A DNA stretch of 64,000 nt, taken from positions 3,104,001-3,168,000 of the forward strand of contig OY759353.1 in the NCBI GenBank assembly GCA_963662315.1, written 5' to 3'. This DNA is from Geopsychrobacteraceae bacterium. GTDB taxonomy: Bacteria > Desulfobacterota > Desulfuromonadia > Desulfuromonadales > Geopsychrobacteraceae. A model generated the notes under the pieces. That model saw only the letters and a program-made list of their open reading frames with translations. It was not told the DNA's origin and did no database searches. Position numbers and translations under genes: made by a program. This document shows, one piece after another, positions 20,376-30,081 of this stretch (the first letter of the stretch is position 1; each line of letters opens with the position of its first letter).

Positions 20376-20528
20376 TCCTGTTCGTTCAACTCGGGAAGGC
20401 CGAATTGAGGGCTTGCCACTGCCAGGGCGCATAAATCTATGAGTCTTGACGGTCGCCTTTCTGGCGACAGATCCTTTTCCAAGGAGAAGTCCTCAATCAG
20501 TCCTGGAGCATTACCGGAGTAAACAGGA
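20376..20528 (+). ncRNA. Candidate structured RNA in the queC leader; family not recognised
   Basis: Nested pairings TCCTGTT/AACAGGA and ATTGAGGGCTT/AAGTCCTCAAT enclose three hairpins. Confidence 0.5.
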
Positions 20529-20616
20529 AAAAATTCATACTTACCAAAAGAAATTGTAATTCTTCAGCAAAGCTGAAAGACAGTGTTTATAAAATAAAGG
20601 AAAGAAGGTTTTCACG

Positions 20617-21294
20617 ATGAAAAAAGCTGTTGTGCTCTACAGTGGAGGACTCGATTCTACAACCTGTATGGCCATTGCCAAAGAGGATGGTTTCGAGCCC
20701 TATGCGATGAGCTTTGCCTATGGCCAGCGCCATAATGTGGAGTTGGATAAAGCGCGCCAATATGCGCCGCTGATTGGTGCCAAGGAACACCTGGTTGTTG
20801 ATATTGATCTGCGCAAAATGGGTGGCAGTGCCTTGACGGCTGATATCGACGTGCCCAAAGACGGTGTGGCCGAGAATGAAATTCCAGTCACCTATGTGCC
20901 CGCCCGTAATACGATTTTCCTGTCGTTTGCTTTGGGCTGGGCCGAGGTTCTTGGTGCTTCTGATATCTACATCGGCGTCAACGCCCTTGATTATTCTGGT
21001 TATCCCGATTGTCGCCCTGAATTTATCGCCGCGTATCAGACCATGGCCAACCTGGCGACCCGGGCCGGTGTTGAGGGTCATCCTTACCGCATCCATACCC
21101 CTCTGATTGATCTGACCAAAGCGCAGACCATCGCTCGCGGCCTGGAATTGGGAGTGGATTACAGCTTGACTCACTCCTGCTATGACCCGACTCCTGAAGG
21201 TTTGTGCTGTGGTTTATGTGACTCCTGTCGTCTGCGCCTGAAAGGTTTTGCCGAGCTGGGTAAAACCGATCCGGTTGCTTATGTCCAGCGTTAA
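20617..21294 (+). CDS. queC: 7-cyano-7-deazaguanine synthase
   Basis: [33 protein letters not shown]. Confidence 0.97.
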   Translation: MKKAVVLYSGGLDSTTCMAIAKEDGFEPYAMSFAYGQRHNVELDKARQYAPLIGAKEHLVVDIDLRKMGGSALTADIDVPKDGVAENEIPVTYVPARNTIFLSFALGWAEVLGASDIYIGVNALDYSGYPDCRPEFIAAYQTMANLATRAGVEGHPYRIHTPLIDLTKAQTIARGLELGVDYSLTHSCYDPTPEGLCCGLCDSCRLRLKGFAELGKTDPVAYVQR

Positions 21295-21307
21295 CAGGGG
21301 GATCACC

Positions 21308-22087
21308 ATGGCGGACATGCCAGATTTGCAGCAGAGCCGAGATAACCGCAATATCGCCATCGACAAGGTGGGGGTGAAGGATATCGGCTATCCGATTATC
21401 GTTCAGGATAAACGCCGGGAACGCCAGCACACAGTCGCCAGGGTCAACATGTATGTTGATTTGCCGGAGCAGTTCAAAGGGACTCATATGAGCCGTTTTA
21501 TTGAAGTGCTCAACCTTTATCATGGTGAAATCGGTATTGAAAACCTGGAAACGATCCTGGCAGAAATGAAACAGCGCCTGGGGGCAAGCAAGGCCCACCT
21601 GGAGCTAAGATTTCCCTATTTTATTGAGAAAAAAGCCCCTGTTTCCCAGGCCCGCAGTCTGCTTGAATACCAGTGCCGCATGGTTGGTACTCTGGGAGAC
21701 GACTATGATTTTATCCTTGAAGCAAATATTCCGGTGACCTCCCTGTGCCCCTGTTCCAAAGAGATCAGTGAGCGCGGAGCACATAACCAGCGCAGTATTG
21801 TAACGGTGCAGATCCGTTACGCGGAGCACATCTGGCTGGAAGACCTGATCTCCTGGGTCGAAGAGTGTGCCAGTTGCCAGGTCTATGCTTTGCTCAAACG
21901 GGAAGATGAAAAGGCTGTCACCGAGCGGGCCTACGACAACCCCATGTTTGTTGAGGATATGGTCCGTTCCGTAACTGAAAAGCTGAGTCGTATCGAGAAT
22001 ATTCGTTGGTTCAGTGTCGAGTGCGAAAACTTCGAATCGATTCATAACCACTCTGCTTATGCCATGATTGAACGGAATAATTATTAG
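21308..22087 (+). CDS. folE2: GTP cyclohydrolase IB
   Basis: KGTHMSRF, SLCPCSK, AHNQRS, LLKREDE, ESIHNHSA. Confidence 0.96.
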   Translation: MADMPDLQQSRDNRNIAIDKVGVKDIGYPIIVQDKRRERQHTVARVNMYVDLPEQFKGTHMSRFIEVLNLYHGEIGIENLETILAEMKQRLGASKAHLELRFPYFIEKKAPVSQARSLLEYQCRMVGTLGDDYDFILEANIPVTSLCPCSKEISERGAHNQRSIVTVQIRYAEHIWLEDLISWVEECASCQVYALLKREDEKAVTERAYDNPMFVEDMVRSVTEKLSRIENIRWFSVECENFESIHNHSAYAMIERNNY

Positions 22088-22090
22088 TAC

Positions 22091-22120
22091 TGTGGATAAC
22101 CCTGTTGATAGTGTGGATAA
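22091..22120 (-). promoter_or_regulatory. DnaA-box cluster
   Basis: Two perfect TGTGGATAA (reverse complement of TTATCCACA) at 22091 and 22112, with a degenerate TGTTGATAG between them. Confidence 0.7.
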
Positions 22121-22126
22121 CTTACA

Positions 22127-22801
22127 ATGCACCAACAACATTCAGAGGTGCTGGCGGTGTTTGCCAAGCAACCGCTTGCGGGACAGGTTAAAACGCGCCT
22201 GTGTCCGCCCCTGACGGCACAGGAAGCAGCAGCTTTTTATGAGCAATCGTTGCGCGAGGTGCTGAGGCGGGTTGGAGAGCTGGATAACTGTGATCTGGTC
22301 ATCTGCTATGCCGGGGAGCGCAGCTGGTTTGCCACTAATTTTCCGGGTTTCCGGTTATTGCCACAGCGTGGCAGTGATTTGGGTGAGCGGATGGAGCAGC
22401 TGCTTGCGGATCTGTTTGCCGCCGGTTATCAGCGTGCTGTCCTGATTGGCAGTGATCTGCCCGATTTACCCCTTAAAGAGATCAGGCTGGCGTTTGAATT
22501 GCTGCAGGATGTTGATGTTGTTTACGGGCCGGCCCGCGACGGTGGTTATTATCTGGTTGGTGAAGCGACCCACTGCCCTGACCTGTTCCGTAATATTCCC
22601 TGGAGCACCGACGTTGTTCTTGAAGAGAGTTTACGCAAAGCGGCTATGGTCGGAATGTTTACGGCCCGTTTGCCGGTTTACGAGGACCTTGATGATGTGA
22701 GTGCTGTGCAAAATTTTCTCGAACGCAGCCCGAAAAGCAGTACGGCGGTATTTCTGCGGCAGTCTCTGCGGCATCATTTTTTTCCTCCAGAGGGCGGATA
22801 A
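22127..22801 (+). CDS. TIGR04282/DUF2064-type glycosyltransferase-like (CofC-like) protein
   Basis: FAKQPLAGQVKTRL, QRGSDLGERM, LIGSDLP, GPARDGGYYL, IPWST, DLDD. Confidence 0.85.
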   Translation: MHQQHSEVLAVFAKQPLAGQVKTRLCPPLTAQEAAAFYEQSLREVLRRVGELDNCDLVICYAGERSWFATNFPGFRLLPQRGSDLGERMEQLLADLFAAGYQRAVLIGSDLPDLPLKEIRLAFELLQDVDVVYGPARDGGYYLVGEATHCPDLFRNIPWSTDVVLEESLRKAAMVGMFTARLPVYEDLDDVSAVQNFLERSPKSSTAVFLRQSLRHHFFPPEGG

Positions 22802-22844
22802 CCAATTGAAAGGCGGTCGGAAATTCTCCGGATTATAGACAAAC

Positions 22845-22873
22845 TTGACAGCGCCACCCTGGTTCAGGATAAT
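22845..22873 (+). promoter_or_regulatory. Sigma70 promoter for tol-pal
   Basis: TTGACA-17 bp-GATAAT. Confidence 0.65.
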
Positions 22874-23056
22874 CTCCGCAACTTTTCATTAAAACGGTTT
22901 CGGTCTAAAATGCGTAATTTTCTGGACCTGAAGCTGCAAAGTATTCTCCTTTAAGGAGATACTCTGGGATCATGCTACGGGGGTAATTGGTCCTGCTGTA
23001 GTGAAAGATCAAAGCTACGGGCTGTATATGGCAGCCCCGATCAAAGGAGTAAGCAG

Positions 23057-23737
23057 TTGCTGGAACTCGTCTTTAACGCTGGACCGGTGGTTAAACTGGT
23101 TCTGCTCGTCCTGGTTTATTTTTCCCTGGTTTCCTGGGCCATCATTTTCTACAAAGCCTCCATCATTCAGCGCGCCATCAAGGATTCCGATCGTTTTCTC
23201 GATTTCTTCTGGACCAAGAAGCGTTTCGATATCGTTGGTCAGGGGATCAAGGAATTCAGTGCCTCTCCCATCGCCAATCTGTTTCGTGAGGGGTATCACG
23301 AGATGCTGCAGATGAAAAAGAAGGCGGATGATGAAGGCAGCACCAATGGTGACTTTTCAGCGCGTATGGACGTTACCGAAATGGTTGGCCGGGCGTTGCG
23401 CCGGGCGACGACCCAGGAAACCCACCGCCTGGAAAAGTATCTGACCTTTCTGGCAACCACCGGATCGACAGCTCCTTTTATTGGTCTGTTCGGGACCGTC
23501 TGGGGGATCATGGATGCCTTTCACGGTATCGGCCAGACCGGCAGCGCTTCTTTGGCGGTTGTCGCTCCCGGTATCTCCGAAGCGCTCATTGCCACGGCCA
23601 TCGGCTTGGCGGCGGCGATTCCGGCGGTTATGGGTTACAACCATTTTCTTAACAAAGTCAACGTTCTGATCGGTGAGATGGATAATTTCAGCCAGGAATT
23701 CCTCAATATCGTTGAACGTATGGAGCGGGTGAAATAG
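23057..23737 (+). CDS. tolQ: TolQ
   Basis: FLATTGSTAPFIGLFGTVWGIM, APGISEALIATA; TTG start after AAGGAG. Confidence 0.95.
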   Translation: MLELVFNAGPVVKLVLLVLVYFSLVSWAIIFYKASIIQRAIKDSDRFLDFFWTKKRFDIVGQGIKEFSASPIANLFREGYHEMLQMKKKADDEGSTNGDFSARMDVTEMVGRALRRATTQETHRLEKYLTFLATTGSTAPFIGLFGTVWGIMDAFHGIGQTGSASLAVVAPGISEALIATAIGLAAAIPAVMGYNHFLNKVNVLIGEMDNFSQEFLNIVERMERVK

Positions 23738-24160
23738 ATGGAAGTCGGACGCCCCTCATCCGGTCGGCGCAGTAATATGTCACAGATCAACGTGACGCCG
23801 CTGGTCGATGTCATGCTGGTGCTGCTGATTATTTTCATGGTCACAGCGCCGATGCTCGATCAGGGTGTTGAAGTCGATCTGCCGCAAGTCGCCGAAGCCC
23901 CCGGCCTGCCTCAACAGCAGGAGCCACTGGTGATTACTCTGGATCGTAGCGGTACGGTGATGATCGGCAAGGCTACGGTTGAAGATTTGAATAAGCTGGG
24001 GCCGGTCATTGATCAGGCCTTAAAGGGTAAACCTGACCGCGAAGTGTTTCTGGAAGCGGATCAGAACGTTCCTTACGGACGCGTCGTGCAGGTTATGGCA
24101 GCGGTAAAGAAGGCTGGTGTTGAATCACTCGGCATGGTGACCCGCCTGCCGGAGGAATAG
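23738..24160 (+). CDS. tolR: TolR
   Basis: INVTPLVDVMLVLLIIFMVTAP; operon position. Confidence 0.95.
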   Translation: MEVGRPSSGRRSNMSQINVTPLVDVMLVLLIIFMVTAPMLDQGVEVDLPQVAEAPGLPQQQEPLVITLDRSGTVMIGKATVEDLNKLGPVIDQALKGKPDREVFLEADQNVPYGRVVQVMAAVKKAGVESLGMVTRLPEE

Positions 24161-24170
24161 CGACAGCGAC

Positions 24171-25100
24171 ATGGAATCCTCCCGTAAACAACGCTGGCAA
24201 CAGTTGCAGGCCGTGTTTGAACCCGGCTTCAAGCAGATGTTACTGGTGTCATTTCTGGTGCACCTGCTGATCCCGGTCCTCTACTATACGCCGCTGTTCC
24301 CCAAAAAAGCAGCAGAGAAGCCACCGGTCTATAAGGTCAACCTCGTCAATAAGCCGGTCCTTAACCCCCAGGCCGGTCGACCTGAGGCGGTACAGAGTAA
24401 TAAAACCGGATCAACTAAAGCAGCTCCCAAGCCGAAGCCGCTGCCTGCCGCCAAGCCGTTACCCCCTAAACCACAGCCGGAACCGGTGAAGCCGAAGGCG
24501 CTTCCTAAACCGCAGCCCAAGCCCGAGCCGAAACCTGCTCCCAAGGCACAACCCAAACCACAAGCGAAGTCCGAGCCGAAAGCTGCCGCAAAACCTGCTC
24601 CCAAGCCTGAGCCGAAACCGGCAGTCTCCAAGGCCCAGGAGAATGCGCTGGAAAAAAGGCTCGAACAGTTACGCGCAGCTCAACAGCAAAAAGAGGCTGA
24701 GAATGCGCGCCAGCAAACGCTGGATCGCCTGAGGGCTGCCGCCAAAGCTGAAAGTTCCAGAATTGAGTCTCCGGTCAGCAACGCTCCTGTGGGTATGCTC
24801 GATGGTAAAGGGGACGAGGCGGGCGTCAGTGCCGTTGCCTTTGTCCAGGAATTTATTCAGCAGAATTGGAGTTATTCCAAATATATGGCCACCGGAAATC
24901 CTGAAGCTGAAGTGAAGGTTGTGTATGACAAAAGTGGCACATTTTTAACCTTTGATTTTATCAGAAAATCGGGGGACAAAAATTTTGATGATTCACTGAT
25001 ACGCGCCATTTCCAAATCACGGCAACTGCCACAGCCTTTGCCTGAAGCCATGACATTCGAAATTGTTTTTAACCTCAAAGAGATGTTGGATAAACCATGA
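24171..25100 (+). CDS. tolA: TolA/TonB-family energy transducer
   Basis: TM segment with SxxxH, Pro/Lys-rich linker, TonB-C-like domain; between tolR and tolB. Confidence 0.85.
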   Translation: MESSRKQRWQQLQAVFEPGFKQMLLVSFLVHLLIPVLYYTPLFPKKAAEKPPVYKVNLVNKPVLNPQAGRPEAVQSNKTGSTKAAPKPKPLPAAKPLPPKPQPEPVKPKALPKPQPKPEPKPAPKAQPKPQAKSEPKAAAKPAPKPEPKPAVSKAQENALEKRLEQLRAAQQQKEAENARQQTLDRLRAAAKAESSRIESPVSNAPVGMLDGKGDEAGVSAVAFVQEFIQQNWSYSKYMATGNPEAEVKVVYDKSGTFLTFDFIRKSGDKNFDDSLIRAISKSRQLPQPLPEAMTFEIVFNLKEMLDKP

Positions 25101-26398
25101 AATATTTCAAGGCCAGTCTGATCGTCCTGTTATTTGTCCTTCTCAGCAGCGCTCCGCTTCTGGCGGCGCGTATCGAAATCAGCGCTCCCGGCGAACAGAC
25201 CATTGCTCTGGCCGTGACCAGGCTGGTGCCGCTGGCGGGGGTTCACCCGGGCGTCGCTGAAGAGTTTGATAAGGTCCTGCAAGGTGATCTCGATCTGTCG
25301 GGGTTGTTCGACATGGTTTCGCCAGCGGCATTTTTAAGTGACGCAACGCGACTGGGACTGACACGGACCGATATCGATTTCAGCCAGTGGCGCATGTTGG
25401 GTACCGAAGCGCTGATTAAAGGCGCCTACAGCGTCAATGCCGGGAAGGTGACCATTGAGCTGCGGCTCTACGATATTATCACCCAGCGTCTGCTCACCGG
25501 CCGGCGTTATATTGGTCAGCTTAACGATATCCGTAAAATTGCCCATACCTTTGCTGACCAGGTGCTGTTGAGCCTGACGGGGGAACAGGGACCGTTTTCG
25601 ACAAAAATTTCTTATATCTCCAATAATACCGGACGCAAAGAGTTGTATCTGATGGATGTTGACGGCCACGGAGTAATCCGCCTGACCGATCACCGTTCCA
25701 TAGTGCTCAATCCTGATTTTTCACCAACGCGCAAGGAGTTGATCTTTACTTCCTACCGCAATGGCAACCCGGATTTGTATCGCAAGGAGATTTACACAGG
25801 GCGTGAATCGCGGCTGTCAATGCAACAGGGGTTGAATATCGGAGGACGTTACAGTCCGGATGGACGTGAGATCGCCCTGACTCTGTCCAAGGACAAGAAT
25901 TCGGAGTTGTACCTGATCGGTACAGATGGCACCATCCACCGGCGCCTGACCAATCACTTCGGAATTGATGTCGATCCGTCCTGGAGCCCTAAAGGTGACC
26001 GGATTGCGTTTGTCTCTGATCGACGTGGTAATCCGAATATTTTTATTGTTAATGTGTTCAGCCTCGACGTGACCCGCCTGACCTTTGAAGGTAAGTACAA
26101 TGCGACACCGGCCTGGAGCCCCAAGGGGGACCGCATCGCATTTTCCCGCCTGGATGATGATGGCTTCAACATTTACACGATTCGTGAAGATGGTACCGAT
26201 GAACGGCAGGTTACTTTCGGTGCCGGTAGCAAGGAGCATCCGCGCTGGAGCCCGGATGGCCGTTTTATTATTTATTCCCTCGATAACGGGGGGAACAACA
26301 AAGCGATCTGGATCATGCGTGCCGATGGAACCGGAGCCAGAAAAATCTCGCCGCCAGGTGGTAGCGCTAGCCATCCTGCGTGGTCTGGACGCTGGTAA
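25097..26398 (+). CDS. tolB: Tol-Pal beta-propeller protein TolB
   Basis: TolB N-domain plus PxWSPxG repeats. Confidence 0.96.
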   Translation: MKYFKASLIVLLFVLLSSAPLLAARIEISAPGEQTIALAVTRLVPLAGVHPGVAEEFDKVLQGDLDLSGLFDMVSPAAFLSDATRLGLTRTDIDFSQWRMLGTEALIKGAYSVNAGKVTIELRLYDIITQRLLTGRRYIGQLNDIRKIAHTFADQVLLSLTGEQGPFSTKISYISNNTGRKELYLMDVDGHGVIRLTDHRSIVLNPDFSPTRKELIFTSYRNGNPDLYRKEIYTGRESRLSMQQGLNIGGRYSPDGREIALTLSKDKNSELYLIGTDGTIHRRLTNHFGIDVDPSWSPKGDRIAFVSDRRGNPNIFIVNVFSLDVTRLTFEGKYNATPAWSPKGDRIAFSRLDDDGFNIYTIREDGTDERQVTFGAGSKEHPRWSPDGRFIIYSLDNGGNNKAIWIMRADGTGARKISPPGGSASHPAWSGRW

Positions 26399-26602
26399 AA
26401 TGAAATTTTAATAAGGATAAATGTAACTGATTGATATGTCTAAGATCTTAAATTTGTTGGGCTTCAGGGATGGGGATAGAAAAATCGTGAATTGAAACCG
26501 ACTGCGGTGTTGTTTTTGTGCCCGGCTTCTGTATAATGTCCTGAATTGTAAAGTGAAACGTACCATAAAATTTTCTCGCGTATGCGAAAGGAGTGGAAGA
26601 TC

Positions 26603-27187
26603 ATGAAAAAAATGACCATTACCCGCTTGGTGGTGATGCTCTTCGCCTTGACTTTACTGGCTTCTGGTTGCGCCAAGAAGCCTGTTGCTGAAGAAATGTC
26701 CCCGCAGGAGACTGCCGTACAGATCGATCAGCAGCAGCCTGCTGGTATTGTCGAGCAGAATGTTTCCGATAGTGCCGTTGATGATGCCGCCGCACGTGCC
26801 GCTGCAGAACGTGCTGCCGCTGATGCAGCTATGGCTGCAGAACGTGCTGCTCAAAGTGGCCTGCAACGTATCCACTTTGATTTTGATCAGTATCTGTTGA
26901 CCGATGAAGCGAAAGCAATTCTGGTCAGCAACGCTGCCCTGCTTTCAGCCGCACCTGGTGTAAACATTCAGATTGAAGGCCACTGTGATGAGCGTGGTTC
27001 TGACGAATACAACCTGGCGCTTGGTGAAAAACGTGCCCTGGCCACCAAAAACTTCCTCGTTTCTCTGGGGATCGCCGATAGTCGTATGAGTGTTATTTCC
27101 TACGGTGAAGAGATGCCTCTTGATCCTTCCGGGACCAAGGAAGCATGGGCTGAGAATCGTCGGGCCGAGTTCAAAATCAAGCGTTAA
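26603..27187 (+). CDS. pal: Peptidoglycan-associated lipoprotein
   Basis: Lipobox ASGC; IHFDFD, GHCDERGSDEYNLALGEKRA, NRRAEF. Confidence 0.97.
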   Translation: MKKMTITRLVVMLFALTLLASGCAKKPVAEEMSPQETAVQIDQQQPAGIVEQNVSDSAVDDAAARAAAERAAADAAMAAERAAQSGLQRIHFDFDQYLLTDEAKAILVSNAALLSAAPGVNIQIEGHCDERGSDEYNLALGEKRALATKNFLVSLGIADSRMSVISYGEEMPLDPSGTKEAWAENRRAEFKIKR

Positions 27188-27206
27188 TTTTTTCTGCTGA
27201 TCATTC

Positions 27207-27244
27207 AGGGCCGCTCATTTACTGACAAATGTGCGGCCCTTTTT
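27207..27244 (+). terminator. Terminator after pal
   Basis: AGGGCCGC...GCGGCCCT plus T tract. Confidence 0.8.
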
Positions 27245-27318
27245 GTTTGTTTGATCGTGAAAAACATTCAAGTGTTGTAAACATAGGCCTGTTTTTCATA
27301 AAACGGTAAGGAGGTCAC

Positions 27319-28149
27319 ATGCGTATTGTGTTGATACTGGCAAGTGTACTGGTGTTGGCCGGTTGTTTGCCGCCAACTCAGGACCAGCTCCGCATGCAGA
27401 TGGATCTGGCTGAAATGAAACGGCGTTTAGCCCAGCTTGAAGTTAAAAATGTCGAAACCGCGCAGAGTGAAGCGGTCGGTGGTGACAGTCTGCAGCGCCA
27501 AATGGCGGAATTGAATGCAGGGCTTGATAACCTGCGCGTTGAATTTCAGTCCGTTAATGGTCGTATTGACGATCTGGCCCAGGAAAATCGTAACGGGCGG
27601 GAAGAAATGCAGCTGGCCAAGGAAGATATGGGGCTGCAGCTGACGTCGCTGGAAAATCGCGTCAGTGAGATGGAAAAGAAACTTGATAATGTTCAGGGTG
27701 CTGTTCCAGCACCAGGGTTAACACCGCCCCCCGGACAGGACCAGGCCCAGCAACAAAAACCGGCTCTGGAACAAGTTACCCCCGAACAGTTATACGAGCA
27801 GGCATTGGGGTTTATCCGTACGGATAATCGTTTTAAAGATGGTCGCACCCTGTTGGAAGAGTTTGTCAGCAAGTATCCCCAGAACCAACTTTATGTGAAT
27901 GCTCTGTACTGGATTGGCGAATCCTATTACGGTGATAAAGAGTACGAAATGGCGATTCTGCAATTCCAGGATGTTATCAGCAAATATGGCAAACATCCCA
28001 AGGCCTCTGCAGCTATGTTGAAGCAGGCCCTGGCTTTTAATGCTTTGGGTGATGGGCAGAATGCCAGCACAACCATGAAGAAACTGATTGAAGAGTATCC
28101 GGATAGCCCGCAGGCTGAGTCGGCCAAGAAGTTCTTGGGAAAAATGTAA
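27319..28149 (+). CDS. cpoB: Tol-Pal protein CpoB/YbgF (lipoprotein, coiled coil plus TPR)
   Basis: LAGC lipobox, coiled coil, TPR (NALYWIGESYY); directly after pal. Confidence 0.9.
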   Translation: MRIVLILASVLVLAGCLPPTQDQLRMQMDLAEMKRRLAQLEVKNVETAQSEAVGGDSLQRQMAELNAGLDNLRVEFQSVNGRIDDLAQENRNGREEMQLAKEDMGLQLTSLENRVSEMEKKLDNVQGAVPAPGLTPPPGQDQAQQQKPALEQVTPEQLYEQALGFIRTDNRFKDGRTLLEEFVSKYPQNQLYVNALYWIGESYYGDKEYEMAILQFQDVISKYGKHPKASAAMLKQALAFNALGDGQNASTTMKKLIEEYPDSPQAESAKKFLGKM

Positions 28150-28173
28150 TTTCTATCGGAAAATTACTGCTTT

Positions 28174-28209
28174 AAAAGGCCGCATCTTGCTACAAGGTGC
28201 GGCCTTTTT
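28174..28209. terminator. Bidirectional terminator
   Basis: AAAAGGCCGCATCTTG...CAAGGTGCGGCCTTTT between convergent genes. Confidence 0.85.
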
Positions 28210-29945
28210 CAATCATCCAGATCAAGTCGCCGAAAGGCGGCCAGCACGTCATTCTGACTGAGGATACCAAGCAGCTTCTGAGGTTCTTCAGGATCGATAA
28301 CCGGAAAATAGCTGATATTGCGTTTTTTCTGCAAGGTCTTCAGGGCTTCCCTCAAGGGGGTTTCCGGGGCAATGGTATTGGCTTGGGGGGTGACCAGATC
28401 ACGGGCCACCAGAAGTCCTGCCAGGGACTGGTCAAACAGCAGGTTACGGATCTCAGTGTAATTGATAATGCCAATAAAATTACTGTTGTCGTCAATAACC
28501 GGAAATCGGTCATAACGACTGTGGGCAATAATACGTAACAACTCGTTGAACTTGGTGCCATGATGAATGGTTTCAACATTGCGGCGCATGATATGTTTGA
28601 CCAGAATATCACCGGGGTCCTGCAGCTTGTGGCCAGCGGGTAAGCCCAGATTGGTTCTGAAGTGGTTGGCAATATCATGCAGGCCCTCAATGCCGCTGCG
28701 TGGCGCGCGCTTGCGTAACAGTGCCAGCAGGGGCACCTCTCCTGCCCTGACCAGGCCATGGCGTACTGCTAGCGGACCAGCGAGTTCAAAAATAACAACA
28801 GATCCGAGAATAATGGTTTCCACCAGCTTGCCGCCTTCCGGCCACAGTTTGACCAGCGTAGAAGCAAGGCCGATAGCCATACCCGCCTGTGCCAGAAGGG
28901 TCATGCCACCCCAGCGTTGTTCACGCTCACCAAAGCGCCCCAAACGTGCTCCCCAGGCAGCACCGATGAGTTTTCCGATGGTTCGTGCCACAACGTAGGT
29001 GACCCCGAGCAGGCCGATATGACTCAGGGATTCTATGTGGAGGTTGGCTCCGGCCAGCACGAAGAACACCACGTAAAGCGGGTAATCTACCTCGTTGAGG
29101 GATTTGACCAGGCGGTGCCAGCGCGGTGAGCTATCGGCCAGGACAATTCCGGCGACCAGGCACGATAACAGTGGCTCGAGTCCCATATGTCTGCTGATAA
29201 CAGCAATGCTGGTTACGCCACCCAGCAGCAGAATCTTATGTTCGCTGGGAAGCTCCATATTTTGGGCTAGATAGGACATGACCAGCCCGCCCAGGCCGCC
29301 GATAATTATCGGTACCACAAGTTGATATAAAATGGTGCTGAGACAGCCGCCGGGGGCAACCAGAAGTTGTACCGCAATGGAAAACAGAAACACCGATATC
29401 AGGTTATTAAGGCTGACAAGGGTCAGAATAGCGCTGGTTACGGGCCCTTCGGCTTCGTATTCACGCACCACCATCAAGGTGGCGGCAGGAGCAGTGGCGA
29501 TACTGATGGTCCCGGTGAAAATTCCGAAAAGTAATGATGAAGATATCAGATCCAGATTGCCGATGACGTGTTGCACAATCAATTCATTGACACTGAAGAC
29601 GCACACAGCGACGAATAATCCGGTCCCCAGGGACTCGGTCAGGGAAAAGATCGCGATGCGCTGTTTCCAGCGCCGTAGGTTTTCGGTACGCAGCTGGGCA
29701 CCGATGTTCATCAGGATAAGCGCCAAGGCCACATCGGAAATGAGGTGTAATTCTGCGAGTGCGTGATGGGTAACCAGCGATGGCAGATGGCACAGGCTGG
29801 TGAATGACGGGCCGGTAAACAATCCGGCAAGCAGATAGCCGGTAACCCGCGGTAGGCGACACAGCGTCGCCAGGCGGCCTCCGATCAGGGCACTGACAAG
29901 GATGACAGCCAGGGCCGTGAAAATTTGCATTGCACCTGTGTGCAT
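28209..29945 (-). CDS. Cation:proton antiporter (CPA family) with C-terminal CBS pair
   Basis: Many TM segments, ATAPAAT, FFVLAGA; CBS repeats (RFPVID...GII, FPVID...LLGILSQND). Confidence 0.9.
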   Translation of the reverse strand: MHTGAMQIFTALAVILVSALIGGRLATLCRLPRVTGYLLAGLFTGPSFTSLCHLPSLVTHHALAELHLISDVALALILMNIGAQLRTENLRRWKQRIAIFSLTESLGTGLFVAVCVFSVNELIVQHVIGNLDLISSSLLFGIFTGTISIATAPAATLMVVREYEAEGPVTSAILTLVSLNNLISVFLFSIAVQLLVAPGGCLSTILYQLVVPIIIGGLGGLVMSYLAQNMELPSEHKILLLGGVTSIAVISRHMGLEPLLSCLVAGIVLADSSPRWHRLVKSLNEVDYPLYVVFFVLAGANLHIESLSHIGLLGVTYVVARTIGKLIGAAWGARLGRFGEREQRWGGMTLLAQAGMAIGLASTLVKLWPEGGKLVETIILGSVVIFELAGPLAVRHGLVRAGEVPLLALLRKRAPRSGIEGLHDIANHFRTNLGLPAGHKLQDPGDILVKHIMRRNVETIHHGTKFNELLRIIAHSRYDRFPVIDDNSNFIGIINYTEIRNLLFDQSLAGLLVARDLVTPQANTIAPETPLREALKTLQKKRNISYFPVIDPEEPQKLLGILSQNDVLAAFRRLDLDD

Positions 29946-30081
29946 TAATAAGTACTCCGAAAAAAGCTCTGTGCTGCTTGACGTATTTTGAGTAATTTGA
30001 AAGATATCAATGATATCAGGTTTAAGACTTTTTCAGTGAATAATATCAAAATGAATGTCATTTCGTGACAGGGAGAAACCT

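Noticed and set aside
20392..20424. GGGAAG and GCCACTG, suggesting a cobalamin riboswitch
   Set aside because: Motifs are in the reverse order and the other conserved B12-element segments are missing
20500..20520. TGGAGCATTACC, resembling the 3' end of a lysine riboswitch
   Set aside because: No AGAGGxGC 5' motif and no lysine genes downstream
24410..24630. Repetitive sequence in tolA
   Set aside because: Ordinary Pro/Lys/Ala-rich linker, not a CRISPR or DNA repeat
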